This document shows, in pieces, positions 51,364-60,400 of a stretch of DNA of 64,000 nucleotides. A program made the translations under genes and the position numbers. Position 1 is the first letter of the stretch, and every line of letters starts with the position of its first letter. Origin of the DNA: Oscillospiraceae bacterium (lineage in GTDB: Bacteria > Bacillota > Clostridia > Oscillospirales > CAG-382); assembly GCA_015063785.1 (NCBI GenBank), contig SVTM01000010.1, positions 9,728 through 73,727 of the forward strand, in the 5' to 3' direction. The notes below the pieces were generated by a model, which saw nothing but the letters and a program-made list of their open reading frames with translations, was not told where the DNA came from and did no database searches.

Positions 51364-53999
51364 GCTTTACATATCCGACAAGGACACAAAAAACTCTTGA
51401 CGGCATAGATTTCGAAATAATGCACGGCGAATTTATAACCGTTTGCGGCAAGTCTGGATGCGGAAAAACCACCCTTTTGCGTATGTTAAAGTCTTCTCTG
51501 TGTCCCCACGGAACGGTTGAGGGCAGAGTGCTTTTTGGCGGCATGCCGCTGGATCTTGTAAGCGCGCGTGACCAGGCGTCAAAGATCGGATTTGTCATGC
51601 AGAGCCCGGAAAATCAGATCGTCACCGACAAAGTATGGCACGAGCTTGCCTTTGGGCTTGAAAGCCTTGGCTTTTCAACCGCCGAGATAAGAACGCGGGT
51701 TTCTGAAATGGCATCTTTTTTCGGTATTAGCGATTGGTTTCACAAAAACGTTTCCGAGCTTTCGGGAGGACAAAAACAGCTTCTCAATCTTGCCTCGGTC
51801 ATGGTTATGCAGCCGCAGGTGCTTGTGCTTGACGAACCCACAAGCCAGCTCGATCCGATAGCCGCAGGTGAATTTTTGAAAACGCTTGAAAAGATAAACC
51901 GCGAGCTTGGCACCACCGTTATTCTTTCCGAGCACCGCCTTGAAGAGGCGATTCCCATGTCCGACAGAGTGCTTGTTATCGACGGCGGACGTATTTTTTC
52001 GTTTGACACCCCCACAATAGTTTGCGAAAAGCTGAAAAGCACAGACCACGATATGTTCAGGGCACTGCCTACTCCCATGCGCGTTTTTGCGGAACTTGAC
52101 AATGACGAAGATTGCCCGTTAGGTGTGCGCGATGGCAGAAAGTGGTTAGAAGAATATTCAAAATCTCACACTCCCAAAAATGAGCTTGTGCCCAAAGACC
52201 GCGCTTTGAAGTTTGACACCCCTGTTATCGAGCTTTGCGACGTTTGGTTCAGATACGAAAAAAATCTGCCCGATGTCATAAAAGGGCTTTCACTTTCTGT
52301 CGGCAAGGGCGAATTTCTGGCCATTGTCGGCGGAAACGGTACGGGAAAAACCACGGCTCTCTCTCTTATATCCGGACTCAACCGCCCATATCGCGGCGAG
52401 ATATTGATAGAAGGAAGAAAGATCTCGAAGATTTCTCGGCTGTATGAAGGCCTTCTCGGTGTTCTTCCACAAAATCCCCAAACACTTTTTGTCAAAAAAA
52501 CGGTATTTCTCGATCTTCTTGAAGCGCTTTCGGAAAAGGATCTGACGAGCGAGCAAAAAGAGAAAAAGGTTATAGAAACTGCGTCACTTTGTCGCATTGA
52601 CGGTCTTCTTTCAAGCCATCCGTACGATCTTTCGGGAGGAGAACAGCAAAGAGCGGCGCTTGCAAAAATTTTGCTTTTTGATCCGCAGATACTTCTGCTT
52701 GACGAGCCGACCAAGGGTATGGATGCCCACTTCAAGGAAGAATTTGCCGATATCCTGTCCGAGCTTAAGGCACGAGGAAAAACTGTTGTTATGGTTTCGC
52801 ATGACGTCGAGTTTTGTGCCGAATACGCCGATAGTTGCGCTTTGTTCTTTGACGGTAGCATCACGTCAAGATCCGCACCTCGTGCTTTTTTTGCAGGAAA
52901 CAGCTTTTATACCACCACGGCAAACCGCATGGCACGAAACATCATAGAAGAAGCTGTGCTTGCTGACGATATCATAAAAGCTTTTGGCAAGACTCCTGCA
53001 CCAAAGGCAAAAAAGCGCAGAGTGCAAAGCGACGGCGCCACAGAAGAAAACTCCACTCAGCCTTGTAGCAATACCAAGAAAAAATTCTCGCCCACAAGGC
53101 TTATTTTTGCAATACTTTTCTGTCTGCTGTTTGCCACAACGAGTATTCTGGAAATATTCGACGTCGGATTTATAAAAGGACTTGACGATAATGTTGTAAA
53201 AATCTCACTTATCACTCTGGCGGCGCTGGCGATGGTTTGTTTTTTCCCGGGCAAGGATCTTTCGGGTGGCCTTTTGCTTGAAGACGCTTCTGACAGAAAA
53301 CTTGATAAGAGAACTGTTGCCGCGTCTCTTATGATACTTATTGCAATTCCTCTTACCATATGGCTCGGCATTTCGGTTCTTGACGACAGAAAGTATTATT
53401 TTATCAGCCTGCTCATTATTTTTGAAACTATAATCCCGTTTCTTATGGTTTTTGAAAAAAGAAGACCCAAGGCACGCGAGCTTGTGGTGATAAGTGTACT
53501 GTGTGCCATTGCTGTGACGGGCAGAGCAGCGTTTTTTGCTGTTCCGCAGTTCAAACCGGTAGTTGCCCTAGTCACGATCTCGGGCGTCTGTTTTGGGGGC
53601 GAGACTGGCTTCCTGGTGGGTGCTGTCACAGGCTTTGTTTCAAACTTCTTTTTTGGACAGGGGCCTTGGACCCCGTGGCAGATGTTTGCCTTTGGCATAA
53701 TCGGTTTTCTTGCAGGAGTTTTGTTCAAAAAAGGCGTTTTGCCGCGGACAAGAACAGTCCTTTCGATCTTCGGTTTCGTCGCAACCCTTGTCATATACGG
53801 CGGCATTATGAATCCCGCGTCTGTTCTGATGTCTCAAAACGAGCCAACCCTTCAGATGCTTGCGGCGGCTTATGCTGTGGGATTGCCCTTTGATATCATT
53901 CATTCGTTTTCCACCGCCTTTTTCTTGTGGTGCATTTCGGGCGAGATGATCGAAAAGCTAATGCGAATAAAGGTAAAATACGGCCTTGTCGAAAAATGA
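51336..53999 (+). CDS. Fused ECF ATPase-ATPase-membrane (S-component-like) protein
   Basis: Two ABC cassettes (GKSGCGKTT/LSGGQKQ/LDEPTS and GGNGTGKTT/LSGGEQQR/LDEPTKG) followed by a hydrophobic C-terminal domain of roughly 270 aa. The ATG at 51336 follows GGGAGGTG. Confidence 0.8.
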   Translation: MECFKVENLSFTYPTRTQKTLDGIDFEIMHGEFITVCGKSGCGKTTLLRMLKSSLCPHGTVEGRVLFGGMPLDLVSARDQASKIGFVMQSPENQIVTDKVWHELAFGLESLGFSTAEIRTRVSEMASFFGISDWFHKNVSELSGGQKQLLNLASVMVMQPQVLVLDEPTSQLDPIAAGEFLKTLEKINRELGTTVILSEHRLEEAIPMSDRVLVIDGGRIFSFDTPTIVCEKLKSTDHDMFRALPTPMRVFAELDNDEDCPLGVRDGRKWLEEYSKSHTPKNELVPKDRALKFDTPVIELCDVWFRYEKNLPDVIKGLSLSVGKGEFLAIVGGNGTGKTTALSLISGLNRPYRGEILIEGRKISKISRLYEGLLGVLPQNPQTLFVKKTVFLDLLEALSEKDLTSEQKEKKVIETASLCRIDGLLSSHPYDLSGGEQQRAALAKILLFDPQILLLDEPTKGMDAHFKEEFADILSELKARGKTVVMVSHDVEFCAEYADSCALFFDGSITSRSAPRAFFAGNSFYTTTANRMARNIIEEAVLADDIIKAFGKTPAPKAKKRRVQSDGATEENSTQPCSNTKKKFSPTRLIFAILFCLLFATTSILEIFDVGFIKGLDDNVVKISLITLAALAMVCFFPGKDLSGGLLLEDASDRKLDKRTVAASLMILIAIPLTIWLGISVLDDRKYYFISLLIIFETIIPFLMVFEKRRPKARELVVISVLCAIAVTGRAAFFAVPQFKPVVALVTISGVCFGGETGFLVGAVTGFVSNFFFGQGPWTPWQMFAFGIIGFLAGVLFKKGVLPRTRTVLSIFGFVATLVIYGGIMNPASVLMSQNEPTLQMLAAAYAVGLPFDIIHSFSTAFFLWCISGEMIEKLMRIKVKYGLVEK

Positions 54000-54005
54000 T
54001 CTGCA

Positions 54006-54034
54006 TTGACAAATCGCGCCTGAGATGATATAAT
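54006..54034 (+). promoter_or_regulatory. Consensus promoter of the lipoprotein gene
   Basis: TTGACA, 17 nt, TGaTATAAT. Confidence 0.55.
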
Positions 54035-54059
54035 ATAAAAAAACAAAAGGAGATTTTTT

Positions 54060-54680
54060 ATGAAAACAAAGATTTTTGCACTTGTTCTTTGCCTTGCGCT
54101 TTCTGCTGTTTCGCTTTTCTCGTGCGGCGGCAAATCCGACAATCCCTACGGTTTGTCCGAAAAAGAAATGTCAGAGGTAAGAACTTTTATTGCTTACGAA
54201 ACCTCCTCTGCCGAAGGGTCTTATTCGATCGTCAAGCAGGACGGCTATGGCAAGATATACGAGTGGACGACTTACAATGCTGACGGCAACATAGACACAA
54301 CGAGCGAATACGAATACGAGGGCATCCTCGTAACTGACTTAACTATCCGTGATGCTACAGGTGACGAAATCCTTCACCTTGCCGACACCCTCGACGAAGA
54401 CGGCAAGATCCTTACAAGAAACGTTTCTTTTAACGGCGAGCTTGCACAAACACAGTTTTTCAAGGATGACGAGGGACAGGAGATTCCCGAAGAGGATGTA
54501 GGAGTACTCTATGCCAAATATGACGAGCTTGGCAGACTCTGCAACACAAGACAGCTTAACGAAGACGGAACCGAAACACTCGTGGTCACAGAATATGGTC
54601 CGCACGGACTTGTCAGCGAGATCACATATAGCGACGGTGAAGAAACATATCGTATCGATCTTGAAGAAAAAGCAGAATAA
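54060..54680 (+). CDS. Lipoprotein with YD-repeat-like motifs
   Basis: Signal peptide with lipobox LFSCGG. Repeated Y-x-Y-D/E-x-x-G motifs such as YAKYDELGRL. Confidence 0.65.
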   Translation: MKTKIFALVLCLALSAVSLFSCGGKSDNPYGLSEKEMSEVRTFIAYETSSAEGSYSIVKQDGYGKIYEWTTYNADGNIDTTSEYEYEGILVTDLTIRDATGDEILHLADTLDEDGKILTRNVSFNGELAQTQFFKDDEGQEIPEEDVGVLYAKYDELGRLCNTRQLNEDGTETLVVTEYGPHGLVSEITYSDGEETYRIDLEEKAE

Positions 54681-54694
54681 GGTATAAAAAATAA

Positions 54695-54725
54695 AAGCAG
54701 AAGCGTGCAAGCTTCTGCTTTTTTG
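54695..54725 (+). terminator. Intrinsic terminator
   Basis: aagcagaagc-gtgcaa-gcttctgctt followed by TTTTT. Confidence 0.7.
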
Positions 54726-54812
54726 CTATGTGACTAAATCACGGAATTTGTCGAAAATAATTTGTATAATACAGGTACAAACTAAAAAATAAAAAACAAA
54801 GGAGACGATAAT

Positions 54813-55121
54813 ATGTCAGTTATAAAAGTATCAAAAGAAAATTTTAAAGAAGTAAGTAATTCCGAAAAGCTTGTGCTTCTCGATTTCTATGCCGATTGGT
54901 GTGGTCCGTGCCGCATGGTTTCTCCCATCGTGGAGGAAATAGCAGACGAAAGGGAAGATGTTCTGGTCGGCAAGGTCAATGTGGACGAAGAGCCTGAACT
55001 TTCGGAAAAATTCTCGGTCTTCAGCATCCCGACTCTTGTGGTTATGAAAAACGGCGAGATTCTCGAGCAGTCTGTCGGCGCAAGACCGAAGGCGCAGATA
55101 CTCGATATGTTAGAGGGTTAA
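54813..55121 (+). CDS. trxA: Thioredoxin
   Basis: WCGPC active site. 102 aa. Confidence 0.9.
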   Translation: MSVIKVSKENFKEVSNSEKLVLLDFYADWCGPCRMVSPIVEEIADEREDVLVGKVNVDEEPELSEKFSVFSIPTLVVMKNGEILEQSVGARPKAQILDMLEG

Positions 55122-55787
55122 ATCGCGCAGACGCTTTTTGTCAAGGATCTTAATTCCCTGACTTCTGGAGGTTTCAACAATACCTTCGGATGCAAAATAT
55201 TTCAGCATTCTCGAAACAACTTCACGGGCAGACGCCATGTATTTGGCGATCTGCTCGTGCGTCAGTTTAACTGTGTCGGTGCCGTTTTTTGCAATTTCGT
55301 CCAAAAGGAAAATGGCAAGACGCTTGTCCATGCTCATAAAAAGTATCTGCTGCATAACCCACATGACGTCCGAAAAACGGCTGAGAGCGGTTTCAAGTGC
55401 AAATATTTTTACCTCAGGCAGTTTTCTTGAAATATCCTCAAAGGCGCATCCGCCCACCACAACGCAATCGCTGTTTTCTTCGGCGTCGATAAAAACGTCA
55501 AAGGTGATGGTGTCGAGCACGCAGGAGGCAGAAAGAATACATATTTCGCCGGGGAACAGGCGATAAAGGGTTATTTCCTTTCCTTCCTCCGATAAAATAT
55601 ATAGCCTCAGACTTCCCGTTTTTATCAGTATAACCCCTGTGCAGTTGGTGCCGTTGTGAATAGTGGCACCCTTGCCAAAGCTGACCTTTTGGGAAGAGCG
55701 GAAAAGGGTGTCTCTGTCTTGCTCTGAAAGTTTTTGCCAAAAAGGAAAAGAATCTTCAAATAGTTGTGCAAGATCCTGCTTGTTCAT
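55110..55787 (-). CDS. Crp/Fnr-family transcriptional regulator
   Basis: cNMP-binding-like N-terminal domain and C-terminal HTH (THEQIAKYMASAREVVSRMLK). The ATG at 55787 lies 9 nt after GGAG. Confidence 0.8.
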   Translation of the reverse strand: MNKQDLAQLFEDSFPFWQKLSEQDRDTLFRSSQKVSFGKGATIHNGTNCTGVILIKTGSLRLYILSEEGKEITLYRLFPGEICILSASCVLDTITFDVFIDAEENSDCVVVGGCAFEDISRKLPEVKIFALETALSRFSDVMWVMQQILFMSMDKRLAIFLLDEIAKNGTDTVKLTHEQIAKYMASAREVVSRMLKYFASEGIVETSRSQGIKILDKKRLRDLTL

Positions 55788-55927
55788 ATAATCCATCTCC
55801 GATATCAATGATGATATGTTCTGTATTGAATTATAACACCACAGCAGTTTTCGGTCAATGAATTTTAAGTTAATTCTTTATTATTGGCATAAAATTTCGA
55901 AAAAACATATAAAAAATTTACCAAAAC

Positions 55928-55940
55928 GTGACTTAATCAC
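55928..55940. promoter_or_regulatory. Inverted repeat GTGA-N5-TCAC, about 41 bp upstream of the predicted ferritin operon start; possible Crp/Fnr-type site
   Basis: gtgacttaatcac is centred at 55934, and a TATAAT lies at 55963-55968 with no good -35. The spacing differs from the classical TGTGA-N6-TCACA. Confidence 0.3.
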
Positions 55941-56008
55941 TTTATTTTTTGAAAAAATGGTGTATAATATAATCACAAACAAAAAATACTTTCAGGAGGA
56001 AATAAACT

Positions 56009-56521
56009 ATGATGAATTCCAAAGTGCACGAGCTTTTAAATGCTCAGATAAACAAAGAGTTTTATTCGGCGTATCTTTACCTTGATTTTTCAAATTATTT
56101 CAAGGCAAAGGGACTTGACGGTTTTGCAAACTGGTATATGGTTCAGGCACAGGAAGAACGCGACCATGCCATGCTCTTCTATCAGTACCTTCAGAACGAA
56201 AACCAGGTGGTAACACTTGATGCCATCGCAAAACCCGACAAGGTTTTTACATGCGATATGGATGTGCTTAAGGCGGGTCTTGAACACGAAGAATACGTAA
56301 CATCGCTCATCAACGACATCTATGCTGCGGCGTATGAAGTAAAAGACTTCCGTACAATGCAGTTCCTTGACTGGTTTGTAAAAGAACAGGGCGAAGAAGA
56401 AACAAATGCCAACGATATGATCACCAAAATGGATCTTTTCGGTTCTGATCCCAAAAGCCTTTATATGCTCAACCAGGAGCTCCTTGCAAGAGTTTATACA
56501 GCACCTTCTTTGGTACTGTAA
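56009..56521 (+). CDS. ftnA: Non-haem ferritin
   Basis: LLNAQINKEFYSAYLY...AQEERDHA, the ferroxidase-centre pattern. 170 aa. Confidence 0.85.
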   Translation: MMNSKVHELLNAQINKEFYSAYLYLDFSNYFKAKGLDGFANWYMVQAQEERDHAMLFYQYLQNENQVVTLDAIAKPDKVFTCDMDVLKAGLEHEEYVTSLINDIYAAAYEVKDFRTMQFLDWFVKEQGEEETNANDMITKMDLFGSDPKSLYMLNQELLARVYTAPSLVL

Positions 56522-56564
56522 AATAATATACAATATAAAACTATACAGAAAGAGGTATTAAATT

Positions 56565-56720
56565 ATGAAAAAGTATGTATGTCCCTGCGGTTATGAATAC
56601 GATCCCGAGGTTGGCGATCCCGACAACGGTGTTGCTCCCGGCACAGCTTTCGAAGATCTTCCCGAAGATTGGGTATGCCCTGTTTGCGGACTCGATAAGG
56701 GTTCTTTTGAAGAAGCATAA
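56565..56720 (+). CDS. Rubredoxin (51 aa), absent from the ORF track
   Basis: My translation is [60 protein letters not shown]. Near-perfect rubredoxin pattern, but the first Cys pair is C-P-C. Confidence 0.8.
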   Translation: MKKYVCPCGYEYDPEVGDPDNGVAPGTAFEDLPEDWVCPVCGLDKGSFEEA

Positions 56721-56753
56721 TCATTTCGCACATTAACAAGGAGGCGTTTTTCG

Positions 56754-57362
56754 ATGAACACCAACGCACTTTTCGGTCTTACTTACGGTCTGTATCTGCT
56801 TTCGGCAAAATGCGAAGGCAAGGATAACGGATGTATCATCAACACGGCCATGCAGATCGCAAACAATCCCACCCAGCTTATGATCTCGGTAAACCGCGGC
56901 AATTACACCCATTATATGATCGATGAGACCCGCGAGTTCAACATTTCGGTCATCACCCGTGAGGCTGATTTCGAGCTTTTCAAAAGATTTGGTCTTCAGT
57001 CTGGCAAAACAGTCGACAAATTTGCTGATTTTACTGCGGTTGCCCGTTCGAAAAACGGACTTCTGTATCTCACCGAGGCGTCAAGTGCTTTTATGTCGGT
57101 AAAGGTTACAAAGACCGTGCCACTCAGCACCCACACTATCTTTATTGGTGAAATGACCGACGCTGACGTGCTTTCGGATGTTGCTCCCTGTACTTATGCA
57201 TATTACCATTCGGACATCAAGCCGAAGCCTGTGCAGAAGGACGAGCCAAAAAAAGGCTGGAAGTGCAACATCTGCGGATACGTTTATGAAGGCGAGGAAC
57301 TTCCTGCCGATTACGTTTGCCCCCTGTGCAAACACGGCCCCGAAGATTTCACAAAGCTTTGA
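56754..57362 (+). CDS. Flavin-reductase-like domain fused to a C-terminal rubredoxin domain (high-molecular-weight rubredoxin type)
   Basis: N-terminal flavin reductase-like block (GLYLLSA...NGCIINT) and C-terminal WKCNICGYVYEG...YVCPLCKHG. Confidence 0.75.
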   Translation: MNTNALFGLTYGLYLLSAKCEGKDNGCIINTAMQIANNPTQLMISVNRGNYTHYMIDETREFNISVITREADFELFKRFGLQSGKTVDKFADFTAVARSKNGLLYLTEASSAFMSVKVTKTVPLSTHTIFIGEMTDADVLSDVAPCTYAYYHSDIKPKPVQKDEPKKGWKCNICGYVYEGEELPADYVCPLCKHGPEDFTKL

Positions 57363-57380
57363 TAGCGTTATAGAATAAAA

Positions 57381-57408
57381 AAGGAGAACTATATTGTTCT
57401 CCTTTTTT
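57381..57408 (+). terminator. Intrinsic terminator
   Basis: aaggagaac-tatatt-gttctcctt followed by TTTT. Confidence 0.7.
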
Positions 57409-57411
57409 CAT

Positions 57412-57453
57412 ATCACGAAAAAGAAGTGGACTGTTGCTTTCGCAACAGTCCAC
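57412..57453 (-). terminator. Intrinsic terminator after the giant gene
   Basis: gtggactgttgc-tttc-gcaacagtccac with a T-rich tail on the minus strand. Confidence 0.65.
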
Positions 57454-57465
57454 ATGTGTTTTTGA

Positions 57466-60400
57466 TTACTTAATGGTGATCTTTATTGCGTTTCCTTTGC
57501 CGTAAGCGTTTGCGGATACAACGTACTGAGGAATAACAACGTAATCGCCGTTTTCATCTGTCATCAAACTGCCGTCTTCGTTCTGGGCAACGATTTCTGT
57601 GTACATATGGTTGTGCCAGTGTCCGCAGAATACGCCCTTAACAACGTCGGGGTTGCGTACGATGAGGTTGTATACCTTCATGGTGTCAGCATAGCTGTGA
57701 GCAGGGCTTCCTGCGAAGGTCTTGGTCATATCGCAAGGCATTCCGTATGTGTCACCGGGCTCATAGAACCAGCTGACTGCAGTTTCGTTGGGGTTCTGTG
57801 TGCTGATGGGATTGTGCTCGAAGATAAGGATCGGAATACCCTTTTCACGAGCTTTTTCGATGTCAGCAGCAAAAGGAACAGCCTGTTTGTCGCCCCAGTA
57901 TGCGTCTCTCTGGTTGTCGAGAACCACTATCATAACCTTTTCGGTGCCTTCGTCATTGGTGAGGATTTCAGAGTGATAGTAAATATCGTTTGTCTTCCAC
58001 ATGCTCTGAAGTACCTGATAGGTATGATCAAGGCTGTACTTGTAGCTCAGATCGTTCATATCGGGCTGGCAAAGCTCCGCAGGTTCGTGGTTACCGAGAG
58101 CCATAACAACCTTGTTGCTGCGGTCGATGATGGTCTTTGTCATAACTTCCGCGCATCCCCACGAGAGATAGTCCATAACGTCACCTGTGATGACTGTCTT
58201 GTCAAAGAAGCTTGCATATTCCATTGCTCTGTTGATGTTGGGAACAGACGAGCCGTCTCTCAGCCAGCTTCTGCCGCGGTATGTCGAAAGGGTGTTTGTC
58301 TCGCCAATCTCCATATCCTTCTGGTTGATGTAGTTAAGATGAGTGTCGGCAAAGTGTACGATCTCAACTTCGTCTCCGCCGATACCTGTGTCGATCTCAA
58401 CTTCTCTTACCTTGAAACCGTTTGCAAGCTGATACATTGCGTGGTTGGGATCCTTGTCTTCGGTTGTGGGATAACCTGTAAGAAGGGTCTTTTTGTCATA
58501 GTTTTCTGCCATGTACGCTTCCTTGCGGTCTACTTCAACGTATTCCTTGATGCCTTCAAAGGTTTCCGCCGAAGCTTCGCCTGCATTAAGAGCTGCAAGG
58601 GCAATTCTGTAAAGGTTTGTCTGATAGTAGTCGGTGTAAAGTACCTGTTCAAGACCGTTGTAGTCTTTGTAAACTATATATCCCTTTACCGAGTAGAATC
58701 TGTAATACTTGTCTTCTGTGATGTTCGTGATACAAAGAGTGTACTGAACAGAGTCGTCTGTTTCCTTGTAGATCTTTTCGCCTACGACTTTTGCAGGAGT
58801 ATAGCCGTTGTTGGACTTGGGAGTGAATACAAGTCTTGTTTCTGAATCCCATTTCCATTCAGCAACCTGAGGCTGGTCGATAAACATATCACGGCCCCAT
58901 GTGGCGTCGGTGGGAAGCACGATGGTACCAAATTCCGAAACATCGGGGAGGGCATCGAAGAAGTTGTTCTTCTTTTCAACCACAAATCTCAGACCCTGAA
59001 CACCTGTTGTTCTGATCTGCGCACCGATGATTGCAAAGTCGCGTGCCGCATTGTAATCAACATACTGTGCAACAAGAACGTCTCCGGGCTTGCCTTCAAA
59101 TGTGGCGTCACAAGTTGTGCCATCTTCATACGTCCAGCCAAGGAAGAGTTTGTCCTGAGGTTCATTGTGATGGATAGTTGCAAGATCAATGGTGCATTCG
59201 TTGTAAACGCGGATCTTTTCGCCGCTGTTTGTGTAGTAAAGCATATCAGTAAATTCAACAGTGTACTGTCCCGAGCTTACTGTGATAAATCCGTCTTCTG
59301 ATGCAAACTGTGCACCGTTTGCCTTGTTTGTGGCAACTGCGGTCTTTGTTCCGTTCACTTTGAATGTGCCGGGAGTTTCGGTTATTTCGAGGTAAGAGTC
59401 TTCCTCTTCTGCAACCGAAAGAACGTATACTCCGTTTGCGGCGGTAATTCCATCGTCAAAGTTTGTTGTGCATCCGTTGTTGAGAACCATTGTAAATGTA
59501 TCCTTAAATTCTGCGTATTTTGAAGAGCTTTCTGCAGATGTTGTTGCAATAACAGAACCCACCGAACCGCTGTTTACGGTGATGGTAACAGGGCCTGTAT
59601 AGTCAACACCCATCTGTGTATCAAGCCAGCCGTTCGAATTGAAGCTTAAGGTTGCAATGTTTGCGCCGTCAATAAGAATATCTGCGCTGTCAACAGTGCC
59701 GCGTGTGTAGCCCCAGAAGTGACCGACTTCAACCGACGGGAAGTTGCCGCTCAAGAAGGAAGCCTTGACGGGACCGTCAAAGGTTCTGAAGTCGCCGAGC
59801 CTCAATCTGAACTTGGAATCGACGGTAAGGCCTTTTCCGAAGTTGAGTTCGTTTATGCCTGCGCACAAAGCCTTGCCGCCTGCCGATGTTGACTGGTCAA
59901 GCTTGATGTTTTCGATGGTGAGAGGGCCGTTGACTCTTGCACAGTCGTCGTTGATGTCAAATACGGCCTCTCCCGAATCATCGCCTGTAAGAATGATGTG
60001 AGCAGTGTGGGCAGGGAAGCTTTCCTGATCGCCAAAACCATATGTTCCGATGATGGCAACTTTCTTTGTTGTGCAGTCAGACGCAGATGCAAGAGCAAAC
60101 GCTTTGTTGATGCTCTTTACGGGATCAAAGATCGAACCGGTATTTTCATCGTCACCGCTCTGCTGATCAAGGTAGATAACAACGGTGTCATCATAAGGCT
60201 CCCATGCGGAGTAGAAGTACAACTCGGATTCACCCTCGGGAATTTCAAAGGTGGTGCCGCCGTCGTAATGAGTTGTGGAACCATCCATGGTTTCAAGCTC
60301 CCAACCTGCGAAATATTCTTCTACGCGGTTGTTGAGAACAGGAAGATGAACGACGTATCCAACGTAGTGTGCGCCTGTTGCGTGCTCATTGTCGAAATAG

